A stretch of 64,000 nucleotides of DNA, taken from NCBI RefSeq assembly GCF_032444005.1, contig NC_091282.1, positions 892,180,001 through 892,244,000 on the forward strand, in the 5' to 3' direction. The position numbers and the translations under genes are program-made. Below, piece by piece: positions 25,778 through 36,639 of this stretch. Numbering within the stretch: position 1 is the stretch's first letter; each line of letters opens with the position of its first letter. The stretch comes from Ranitomeya imitator (lineage: Eukaryota). The notes beneath the pieces are model-generated. The model was not told the origin of the DNA, made no database searches, and saw nothing but the letters and a program-made list of their open reading frames with translations.

Positions 25778-26082
25778 GGGTATGTGTCCACGTTCAGGAT
25801 TTGGTCAGGATTTTATGCAGGTAAAATCCTGACCAGATCTGCACCTGAGGTCACTGGCAGGTCACCTGCGTTGTTCTTGCGTCGTTTCTGCATTGTAAAC
25901 AGACATGCTGCGTTCTGAAAAGACGAGCCGCATGTCCGTTTCCGCGGGTCTGCCGCATGCGTCTTTTAATGCATTCATGAAATCCCCTCCACTATGCTGT
26001 AACATCTGGACGCTGCGTGTTTGACGCTGCGGCTCTACGCAGTGTCAAACACGCGGCGTTTCCTGAACATGGAAACATACCC
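25778..26082. mobile_element. Harbinger-type MITE sharing a TAA with the preceding MITE
   Basis: gggtatgtgtccacgttcagg / cctgaacatggaaacataccc with TAA flanks. Confidence 0.7.
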
Positions 26083-26877
26083 TAATAGCTCTGGAACAGA
26101 GAAGAAATTTAAAAATCGACAAAAACTATGTTTTACTGCGCTTTACAGCCATTATAACATGGAGTGAGCAGTTCAACATGAAAAATTTGGTTAAAGGTCC
26201 TTTTTAGGAATCGCAGCTTCTTCACTATTTACCCATTCCCTTGAGTGAAACTATATTGTTCCCAGTACTGTGGGTGTCTTTGCCACTATAAGAACTAATC
26301 AAAGCATAGGTTTTGATGATTGGAGGGCAACAAGGAGACCAGAATGCTCCAATATATTCTAGAAATGTGTCACAGCATTTAAAAAGTAAAATTGGTAGAG
26401 CTATTAGAATCTATGAGCAGGAATTTGGTCCATCAGCAAAATTGGTACTCTGGCCACTTTAGAGGAGGCCTGCAAATGGTGTAAGTCTAGTGTGTGTGTG
26501 TCTCGCCACAATGATGACTTGGCAGCCTAGATCATAAAAAGACGAGGTAGTTAGGAGACTCTTAGGGCTTCGGTCCAGCGGTCAGATTATTGACTTGGCA
26601 AATGGACTGGAGAGCTGCGAATCTCACCTGCCACCTTTTTTTTTACTATGCATTGTGCATTCCCCACTATTTTGGCGGTGCCCGCTTTTTGAAATGATCT
26701 TTGCTCTGTTCTCCCATGTCTAATAATTATATTTTTTAAATATTTACATTCTGATCTCCTTGTAACTGTCCAATCAGCAAAAACTGTTGTAGTAGTTCTA
26801 ATATTGCTAGTCTTCTCTATAAAAGCATTTGATGTGATATTTATTTTCATAAATGCTGTATTTGTGCGTAGCCTTAC

Positions 26878-26956
26878 CTTTTCATTTAAAATTTCCACTT
26901 TAACCCATTCAGCTTTCGGATTCACACATACAATATTGCTGTTTTTCAGAAAAATG
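26878..26956 (-). CDS. CXCL13: CXCL13-like CXC chemokine, third coding exon (fourth Cys)
   Basis: Acceptor ttttatttgtttcag, phase 2, then IFLKNSNIVCVNPKAEWVKVEILNEK, then AAG|GTAAGG. Matches human CXCL13 VWKKNKSIVCVDPQAEWI as recalled. Orthology is not proven, so treat as CXCL13-like. Confidence 0.85.
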
Positions 26957-26971
26957 CTGAAACAAATAAAA

Positions 26972-27500
26972 TTACAGAAGTTACATAGGTTGAAAAAAGA
27001 CCTAGGTTCATAAAGTTCAACCTTTTTCCACCAATTATGCATTTTTCACTAAATTAACTATAACCCACAATGTTGTATGTATCGAGCAAATCATCCAGTT
27101 TTTTTTGTGTTTTTTCTTTTAACCTGTCAGTGTCTGCCATTACTACCTCTTGTGGTAGGGCATTCCACATTCTGACTGCTCTAACTGTATAGAATATTTT
27201 TCTGTTTAGAAGCCAGAAACTCTTCCACCCATAATGAGTTCCCCCTGGTCCTTGGTATGGTCTTTTGGGAGGGATAAGTCATGTGCCAGTGTTTTGTACT
27301 GACCACACACATATTTATACATGAGAATGAGAACCCCTCCGAGGCGTCTTTTTTTCTAAACCAAACAAGGCCAACATTTACAACCTCTCCTCATATGAGA
27401 GGCCTTCCATTTCAGGTAATAATCTAGTCCCCTTTATACTGACTCTAACTTCTGAATATAATTTTTAAAATGTGGAGCCCAAAACCGGATCCCATATTCT
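26972..27500 (-). mobile_element. CR1 3' fragment
   Basis: Decayed ORF2 C-terminus and the 3' end gttgaactt...ctaggtcttttttcaacctatgtaac. Confidence 0.7.
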
Positions 27501-27742
27501 AGACAAATTAAACAAAGATAGCAAAAATTAATGCAATGATAAAGATTTTTCTCTTGCTTTACAGGTGTGACAGTCTACAAAAGGTTAGAAGTAATGGAAA
27601 ATTGTTGACTTGACACAAATATCTCAGTATTCAGGGACACACCTCTTCATATTTAATACCAGGACAGTTTTGACTAGTTTACTTCTTACAATTGCTTTAT
27701 TTTGCTGCACATTCAGCTGTACCCTAATGAACTTTTACTTAA

Positions 27743-28071
27743 AGGGACACTGTCACCTGAATTTGGAGGGAACAATCTTCAGCCATGGAGGCGGGGTTTT
27801 GGGGTTTTTGATTCACCCTTTCCTTACCCGCTGGCTGCATGCTGGCTGCAATATTGGATTGAAGTTCATTCTCTGTCCTCCGTAGTACATGCCTGCACAA
27901 GGTGCAATCTTGCCTTGCGCAGGCGTGTACTATGGAGGACAGAGAATGAACTTCAATCCAATATTGCAGCCAGCATGCAGCCAGCGGGTAAGGAAAGGGT
28001 GAATCAAAACCCCAAAACCCCGCCTCCATGGCTGAAGATTGTTCCCTCCAAATTCAGGTGACAGTGTCCCT
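27743..28071. mobile_element. T2/Kolobok-type palindromic MITE
   Basis: TTAA flanks, AGGGACACTGTCA termini, near-perfect self-complementarity. Confidence 0.88.
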
Positions 28072-29167
28072 TTAACTTCAAAAAGTTATTTATAATCTGC
28101 ATCAGTTTTTTTTACTGTTTCTTCAGTTGTATATCTAGGGGTGCAGGTGGGAGACGTTCCTCGAGCACAGCCAGCAGGGGGGTGCAGTCAGGCCACCTGA
28201 TGTGGCCCTCCAAGGTACCTCTCAGATGACTGAATTTTGTGGTATGAGTACAATTGAAGCCCTGACCGCTGGCAATTTTGAATGAGGAGATGTCAACAGC
28301 GTGATCAGATGATCTGATTCTGCTGCCGATGTCATTCTCCTGTGCCATATATATGTTGGTGGTATACGTTGGTATAGTAAGTATTTCAATAAAGCTGAAT
28401 AGCAGCTTTCTAAAGCTGCCCGTCCATCACAGCTATATGGATGAAGTTAATTTTACGCCTCCCAGCAGCCTCTGACTTTGTCATGGAGGAATATCAGTGT
28501 GTTTGTACAGTCACTGCTCAATACACAGTGGCAGCTGCAAGTATTCTCTGGCACTTTAACAGTCAATGCATCAGTACAGAGCCCTGTCAGTGCTGTGATG
28601 TGCTTACAGCCACAGCTCACTGGGTATTGAGCGTTGACTGAAAACGAATCGGCACTCCTCTAGGTTCATTTTCTCCCGGTAGCTGCGCTTTCTTTAGCCA
28701 TTAATTGCAGATTAACCATATATCTGAAGGTTAATAGCATTTGGAGATGTGACAGGTTCCCTTTTTAAATGTCCCCCTCCATGCTGCCCAATTTCCATAC
28801 TGAGTAGCCTCCTTCACGCTGTCCCCCACTCTGTTCCCCTTATACTGCCGAGTCTCTATATTGTGCAGCCACCTCACAACACCTCCTCTGCTTACGGTCA
28901 CCTTCTTGCTGCCCACTTTCTTTACTGCTCCTCACATCTATCCAATCTCTATACTGTCACCTCAAACTTTTTACCACCCATATTGTCCCCTTGCACATTC
29001 AAGCATTGTCCCCTCAAAAGTCCTTCCCTTTCCTCCACTCATGTAAAATGTATCCAAATCCTCGACTCCAATTTGGGCGCTAACCTTTTTCACAGCACAG
29101 GAAGACCATTTCTTTATGGCGTTGATGTGATGTCAGTAGCATGATGAGATTGTAGCTCATTAGGTAC

Positions 29168-29974
29168 TGTAGCGCGTTAGGTGGCAGGGAAGAGAGTGGA
29201 CCTTCTGGACCGTGGAAAAGACCTACCCCTGGGCGAGCTGACCTAATTACACCGACCCCTATACAGGGGCAAGCCCAGAGGAGCCAAAACCACAGTGGCC
29301 GTACCAAGTGGGGCAGCTCAAAAGAGAAGACAAGGACTGAGGGGAAAAAGCCGATGGAGGGTGGAGAACAAAAAGGATAACTAAGCGGGCAGGACCGATC
29401 CACTGGAACAGGAAGACGGATGTCAGACCGGAATGGCATGGATGCCGAGACAGGAGAAGGCTGCAGGGAAAGAGAGAGTAAATAATGGAAGGCTAAATAG
29501 GAACAGCGAAGAAGCTGGGAAAAAACGAACAAAACAAACAACACAGGGAAGAAGCAGGCAAGACGAAGGCAAAGAGCTCGGACTACGCAGTACACAAGAG
29601 AAAGACTGAGAGCAGCGGTAGAGCGAACAGGCCAGATGCACAAGCGGAGGCTATATGACAATCAGGCACCGCAAAGCAGGAAGGACAGCCTCTTATAGGA
29701 TAAGTCTTACTTGGATTGGCTGTCACTGGAGAGTTCTGGGGATGGAGGAATAGCAGAGGAGCGCATGCGTCCTTTGAAGATCCCAGAGCGCCTGCGCAAA
29801 CATCGGACACCCCTGACAGCGAGATACCGGAAGTGAAGAGAAGATCTGAGGACGAGCGCACAGTGGCCTGGAAGAGGAGCGGCGGGGATGCGCAGCGGCA
29901 GGAAGATGGGACACCGCAACGGGAGAGAAGCTGGGACCTGGACGAGGGGGCACGCAGCGACAGAAGCGGTAACA
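29168..29974. mobile_element. Probable solo LTR of another family
   Basis: TG...CA ends around an ~800-bp LTR-like block; no TSD found. Confidence 0.5.
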
Positions 29975-30113
29975 GATGACTTGATCACACTGCTAACGTC
30001 ACACTGATCCTGGAAGTGTCAGCGGTTAGAGATTCAATTGTAGCTGCAGATGAAAGACTCGAGTACAATTGAATGTACACCAAAACCTTATTATGAAATA
30101 GTAGGGTCTTGAT

Positions 30114-30430
30114 TAGTGATGAGCGAATATACTCGTTACTCGAGATTTCTCGAGCATGCTCGGGGAGCCTCCAAGTGTTTTTTTTTTTTTTTTTTTTTAG
30201 TGCTCGGAGATTGTTTTTCTTGCCACAGCTGAATGATTTACATCTGTTAGCCAGCATAAGTACATGTGGGGATTCCCTAGCAACCAGGCAACACCCACAT
30301 GTACTTATGCTGGCTAACAGATGTAAATTATTCAGCTGCGGCAAGAAAAACTAAATCTCCGAGCACTAAAAAATACTCGGAGGACCCCCGAGCATGCTCG
30401 GGAAATCTCGAGTATATTCGCTCATCACTA
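30114..30430. mobile_element. hAT-type palindromic MITE
   Basis: tagtgatgagcgaatatactcg / cgagtatattcgctcatcacta TIRs; 8-bp TSD gtcttgat/gtcttaat. Confidence 0.85.
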
Positions 30431-31479
30431 GTCTTAATCTTAACACACCAGAATATAGACCTCTAAAAAATTAACCTTTTATTAAAGATGATTAAAAAAG
30501 GAAAAATCAAACTATTTCTAGTTGTCAAAAAAGTGCACAAAATTAGAAATGGGGGGGGGGGAAAGGAGGGTATAATAACTTAACTTAATTTAACTAGGGC
30601 TAAACTCTCCCTAGGTTAGCCCTAGATTCACCCTTCCTACCAGCGGAGGTTGGCACCCTAATTTGTTGACGTATTGGCGCCCGCGCTCAATGTCGGTAGC
30701 CCTAAAGGCCCTGCTGCACCCTAAAAATCTTAACACTAAAATACACAAAAAATTGGACCGTATTATCCAAAAATTATCTCGTGGTATATCTCAGGAGAGA
30801 TACTGCAAAAATCATAGAATCACATAAGTACTCTGTTTAAATGTTGGGGTAAAAAAAATCTGTAGTCCACGTTAGTGATCTTTTTAGTCTACAGTTCAGA
30901 TAATGAAAAATATAGTTCAGATAATAGTCAAATAGATATTGGAGCCAAAAATATCAGTAGTCACATTTGTGATCTATTTATACTAAAGTTCGAATGATAG
31001 TATAGTTATTCAGATCAATATCCCTATTGCAATGCCCGTAAGGTCAACACAGTCCTGTGACATGCGTATCCATAGTTTTGTGACCTATATATCAATAATA
31101 GATTCATGACCCAAAAATATAACACACGGAGAAAACAACTCTATTACACTATGCCTATAAAATTCATGTAGTCCTATGTCATATACATCAATGATCATTA
31201 CATGACCCAAAATGACAAACAGGGTATTAACAAACTGAACATAGTTCAGAACTCCCACTAAAAAAATAAGCGGTCTTATTTCTCTCCTGATTAGACAATC
31301 CAGCACACCAGTGGCTATACAGTCAAATAGTTTCAATGAAAGTTTCCACATAATCGTCATACTTATCAGCCATTGTTCAGCTCACTCTATTGTCCAACCG
31401 CTTCCCCCTTAGATATAAGGGTTCATCAGGGGACTTGGGGTTGTGGGCTTCAATGTCCCCTCTGGCCGTGGTCAATGCT

Positions 31480-32400
31480 GTGTGTGGAGAATATTTGTAG
31501 GGATCAGAGATGCACGTGCGGATGGATAACAATCCCCTGGCTCACCTGGAAAATGCGAGGCTGGGTGCACTGGAACAGAGGTGGGTCACAAGAATGTCCA
31601 AATATCAGTAGATCTCCGACTGGTGTAACTCTCAGAACACAGAGGTGGATGTGGATGAAAAGCTCGAAGGTGATACGTTTCTGGACTTCAGTTTGCCACG
31701 ACTGTAATAACAGACCAAGAGTCAAGAGAAAAGTCCAGACCCACCCAGATTCTAGGTTGGTCCACAGATCAGTGGATACACCAGCAGTCGTCACCCTATG
31801 ACAAAAGTGTGACCAGGAGGCTAGGACTACTTTACGCGCGAGCACCCTGCAGACCTTGGCCAGTGGGAAAGGCTCTTTATGAAAAATAGTTTGCGGTGTC
31901 GAAGAATCCAGCTTCCTCAGGAGTTTGATGTCACCTGACAAGTGGTAGTTCCAGAAGTATTGGTGGTGCAGTTGGTTAGAGGCTCACTTTGGAGTGGAAA
32001 CCTGCTTTCGGTGGTTAAAACAAATTGTGTATTGATCCTGACTGCGACAAGTAGTCTGCGAGGTCTGCTGAAAATGTTGCCCCTACAAGCTGAAAAAACT
32101 CCAGAAACAGAGGACCCATATTATGGCCATCCGGACCTCCGCGCTCTTGAAGTGTTGATGATCGACTACTTGATGATCGGTGCATCTCACAATGGCTATG
32201 AATACCGATTTCTTCATGAAGTTCATGTAGCTTTATCACCGAATGCCTGATGTGGAAATAAATGGCGTTGTACATCATACAAGTTTAAAACAATGATGGT
32301 TGACTTTTCCGTTGAGATTACCAGAGGATCCATCAGTGGTCTTTACTTCTAACCATTATGGGCCTTAAAGATGCAGCAGCAACCAACCACATTTGGAGGT
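31480..32400 (+). pseudogene. Decayed Gypsy pol fragment (RNase H end and integrase start)
   Basis: DNNPLAHLENARLGALEQRWVTRMSKY, then HFGVETCF...CxxC and LEVLMIDYL in shifted frames. Confidence 0.8.
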
Positions 32401-32694
32401 GACAATGAGGTAAGTTACTTACCATTAGGGTCTATTTCCTTTGCATTGATTTACAAACCACCTATAAGTTCTTATTGATGATATACCCTTTGTGTGCAAT
32501 GATAACCACAAATCGGTTGTGAGCCAGCAGGATTAAAACGTCCAACACTGGGTAGGTCCACTGCAGTATATCCATTGTAATCTAAGCTGTTACCATTTAC
32601 AGTATACTGTACCATTGGTTGTAGTATTCTCCTCCTAACAAATTCAAAGGTCGGTCTGTGCTTCACAATAATATGTCCAACTATGTACTTGGTG

Positions 32695-33217
32695 AGAATA
32701 ATAATAATAATTATAATAATAATTTTTATTTATATAGCGCCAACATATTCCGCAGCGCTTTACAAATTATAGAGGGGACTTGTACAGACAATAGACATTA
32801 CAGCATAACAGAAATACAGTTCAAAATAGATACCAGGAGGAATGAGGGCCCTGCTCGCAAGCTTACAAACTATGAGGAAAAGGGGAGACATGAGAGGTGG
32901 ATGGTAACAATTGCTTTAGTTATTCGGACCGGCCATAGTGTAAGGCTCGGGTGTTCATGTAAAGCTGCATGAACCAGTTAACTGCCTAAGTATGTAGCAG
33001 TACAGACACAGAGGGCTAATAACTGCATAAAGTGAATTAGAACATGATGCGAGGAACCTGTTTTTTTTTTTTTTTTTTTTTATATAAATAGGCCACACAG
33101 GGATCGTTGGCCTATTTATATAAAAAAAAAAAAACAGGTTCCTCGCATCATGTTCTAATCCACTTTATGCAGTTATTAGCCCTCTGTGTCTGTACTGCTA
33201 CATACTTGGCAGTTAAC
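32695..33217 (-). mobile_element. L2-type LINE 3' end with fold-back at its 5' truncation
   Basis: Minus-strand tail tgtaaagcgctgcggaatatgttggcgctatataaataaaa(att)n; inverted arms at 32977-33094 / 33109-33217. Confidence 0.8.
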
Positions 33218-34280
33218 ATATTTCCTGGTAATATTTACTCCCAATACTAAGATGTGGCACCCCAGGAGTTCGTGTACCACCGTAGAGCTGCCTTCCTCTC
33301 GGGGAGGGTAGTGCTATGCCTGGAGACAAGAGAGATCCCCTTGGCAGGTAATCTCACACACAACACCTTCTGAATCCAGGCCAGGAGGGAGAGCTAAAAA
33401 CCTGGTTTTAAGGCAGCTTCCCTGAATAAAGATTCTGGTCTGGAGGAGGAGTTAAGTCAGTCGAGTTCAGTGTACTGTAGTCGGAGAGTGGACAGAGACA
33501 GGAGAGGAGCACAGTAAAAAGGCAGAAAGGCTCAGAGGGAAACTGCTACCGGGCACCCTCAGAGCTGGAGCACAGAGGCCGGGCACTGTGAGGTCGTGGG
33601 AGCCTGCAAGTCGCACGACAGAATCGGAATGCATAGGATTATACGTAAATTGCATGTTTTAAGCCTGTGGTACAGCAGCATTCTGGAGACTGGAGTCACC
33701 GTGCAGAGACCCCAGAAGGAACGGCTCAAGCTGCCTAACAATACAGGTACTGTCCCAGGACAGGAAAGAACGAGGACCTTGTTAGGATACTTCAGGCAAC
33801 AAGGGACTAATAGTGAGCACAAAGTGGTAGGCTCCCAACCTGACCTGCCAAGGGGACTTCTTGTTTCCAGGCTGCCTGGACTCCTTCTGTACCTGTTGCC
33901 GGTGTCCTGGACTGTGGCCTGCTACCAACAGTAAACCAGGTATAGACTGCAACCCTGAGTCCTCTGTTATTTACCGGAAACATATCATCCCTGCCATATA
34001 GGTTGGGAGCTCTGGGGACCCCGCTTCACCTGTGGGAAGCGTCACTATCCAGCCACCATACCATCACCCCAGAGGACCCCTTTAAGCGGCATCTGTCCCT
34101 ACTGACCAAGAACCACAGGTGGCATCACGAAAATAGACTTTCACAATACCCCAATTTTCACAATTCCCTTTTATTTGAGTCCCAGGGCCACGGACCGGGT
34201 CGCAGCCACCGTGACACCCCCTTTAAGAGCGACCACACCCGATACAGAGTACTCCACTGCCCTGGTGAGCACTCATTTCT

Positions 34281-34299
34281 TGGCATCATGAACAGGATT
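34281..34299 (+). promoter_or_regulatory. Primer-binding site, tRNA-Ser(CGA)-type
   Basis: tggcatcatgaacaggatt vs TGGCGTCACGAACAGGATT (complement of a vertebrate tRNA-Ser-CGA 3' end as recalled); two CpG-type transitions. Confidence 0.7.
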
Positions 34300-34654
34300 T
34301 CGTGCCCTGGCATCGCCAGGTACTGTGTGCCAGAGACCGTGACGGTTTGTTTGCAAATCACCTTTGCCGCGCCGCGTGGAGCGCGAGGGGAAGGAGGCGC
34401 ACCTTTGTGGGTGGAGCTGGCCAAAAAGAGCACGAAGAAGGAGACGGGTGCTGCTTTGCAAGAGGAACACCGCAAGTGAAGACACTGTACAGCAGAGCTG
34501 GAAGTGGAGACACTGTGCGGGGGCCCTGAATAGAGGACCGGGAAAAGTGCCCAACCGCATGAGAGGAATGGCTGCAGACTGCACACTGGAGGAACCACTA
34601 CAGACTCTAGAGGAGAGACACCGGCCTCTATCAGGTTAGCACGGTTGAGAAGCT

Positions 34655-36580
34655 ATGTCTGACCTGAGAGGAGAATTGGCAGCGGTCGCAGCCGCAGGAC
34701 CCATGGTACTCCCAGGCCCCGCAGTGGACCCAGCCGCAGGCCCTATACTACCACCAGGCCCCACAGTGCCCGCAACTCCAAGCCGGCCAGACCCCGATGC
34801 AGCGGACGCAGCCACAGGCCCTATTGTTGTGAATTCTGTTGTCAAGCTCCCTCCTGTGGTCATGAATGGTACTTCGGCTGGTTTTGTCCATGGGGCTGCA
34901 GCTTCTGAGTTTCCTTCCACAGGTGACGAGGTTAATTCGTTAGCTGGCTGCTCTATTTAACTCCACTTAGATCATTGCTCCATGCCACCTGTCAATGTTC
35001 CAGTATTGGTCTAGTTCACTCCTGGATCGTTCTTGTGACCTGTCTTCCCAGCAGAAGCTAAGTTCCTGCTTGTTTTTCTTTAGTTTGCTATTTTTCTGTC
35101 CAGCTTGCTATTTTGATTTTTGTCTTGCTTGCTGGAAGCTCTGGGACGCAGAGGGAGCGCCTCCGCACCGTGAGTCGGTGCGGAGGGTCTTTTGCGCCCT
35201 CTGCGTGGTCTTTTTGTAGTTTTTTGTGCTGACCGCAAAGTTACCTTTCCTATCCTCAGTCTGTTCAGTAAGTCGGGCCTCACTTTGCTAAATCTATTTC
35301 ATCTCTGTGTTTGTATTTTCATCTTTACTCACAGTCATTATATGTGGGGGGCTGCCTTTTCCTTTGGGGAATTTCTCTGAGGCAAGGTAGGCTTATTTTT
35401 CTATCTTCAGGGCTAGCTAGTTCCTTAGGCTGCGTCGAGTTGCATATTGAGCGTTAGGAGCAATCCACGGCTATTTCTAGTGTGTGTGATAGGATTAGGG
35501 ATTGCGGTCAGCAGAGTTCCCACGTCTCAGAGCTCGTCCTATATTATTTGTAACTATCAGGTCATTCCGTGTGCTCTTAACCACCAGGTCCATTATTGTC
35601 CTTACCACCAGGTCATAACACCCTATACTACCACCAGGCCCCACAGTGCCTGCAGCTCCAGCAGCTACAGCACCCATAATGCCGCTGTCCATGCCATATA
35701 TTCCTGGAGCGGCCTGGCTTCCACAGTGTTCCGGGGAGTCCCATACATAAAGTGACTTTAAGGAAAGGCTCTGCAGCCTATTTGAGGTATATCCCCGACC
35801 GAGTATCAAAAGGTCAGGATATTAACTGGCCAACTGATTGGCGCGGCCCTATGAGAGGTAAAATCCTGGTCAGATGTGGAAAAAGGAACTGTGCAGCAGA
35901 TATTTACCAAATTTAAAATCACCCTTGACACCCGCACTGCTGCAGAAATCAAAATAAAGTTTTTCGGATGCAAGCAAGGAACACAGGATAGCATACGGGA
36001 CTATGCCCTTAATTTGCAAGAGGCACTGCGGGCCATCAAACAGGTTGACCCTAACAGCGTACAGGATGGGGATAAGCTCTTAAAGGAACAGTTCATTGAG
36101 GGACTCCTGTCTAGCACCCACAGGACACAGCTGCGAATCCTGGCCTTGCAAAACCCTGACCTGGACTTTGTAAAATTTAAAGACAGGGCCATCCGGGTGC
36201 TGCATGAACCTCAGCCCAGCTGCACAGTGCCCTTTAGACGTCCAGCCCTCACGTACCACCAGGAGGTGGCATCATATCCTCAGGTCCCGGTTGAGGTTGA
36301 CGCACAGATCCTGGATGATGACCCCTCCACAGGACTGCGCCTCCAGGTCCAGGAACTGATTAAAAGTGTAGCTGCACTAGCCCGGACCGTGCAGTCCCTA
36401 CAGGAATCCCAAAAGAGAAGATCAAGCTGGCTTCCAGACTGGAGGACATCCCCTGGCGACGACAGAAGAGAATCCTGCTGACCAGAGGAAGAGACGATGA
36501 CTGCTATCATCCGGATGGATGACCCACCTGCCAGTGCTGCAACCAGGCAGGACACATTGCAAGGTACTGTCATTTAAACG
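34655..36580 (+). pseudogene. Gypsy gag, split by a solo LTR and carrying stops
   Basis: Pro-rich N-terminus; SIRDYALNLQ and LKEQFIEGL in ORF 35876-36481; CQCCNQAGHIARYC knuckle. Confidence 0.85.
34825..35620 (+). mobile_element. Solo LTR inserted in gag
   Basis: tgttgtgaattc...ggtcataaca; perfect 6-bp TSD ccctat. Confidence 0.92.
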
Positions 36581-36639
36581 AGCGACCCCTGGGGCAGAGG
36601 GCCAACCCCAGGAATAGGATGACCAGGCCCACAAAACTG

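Noticed and set aside
28112-28390. 78-aa minus ORF and a plus-strand ttcag...gtaagt pseudo-exon
   Set aside because: Plus frames contain stops, no family recognised, and it lies among MITE remnants.
31504-32278. Minus-strand ORFs of 145 and 87 aa
   Set aside because: Antisense shadows of the plus-strand Gypsy pol remnant.
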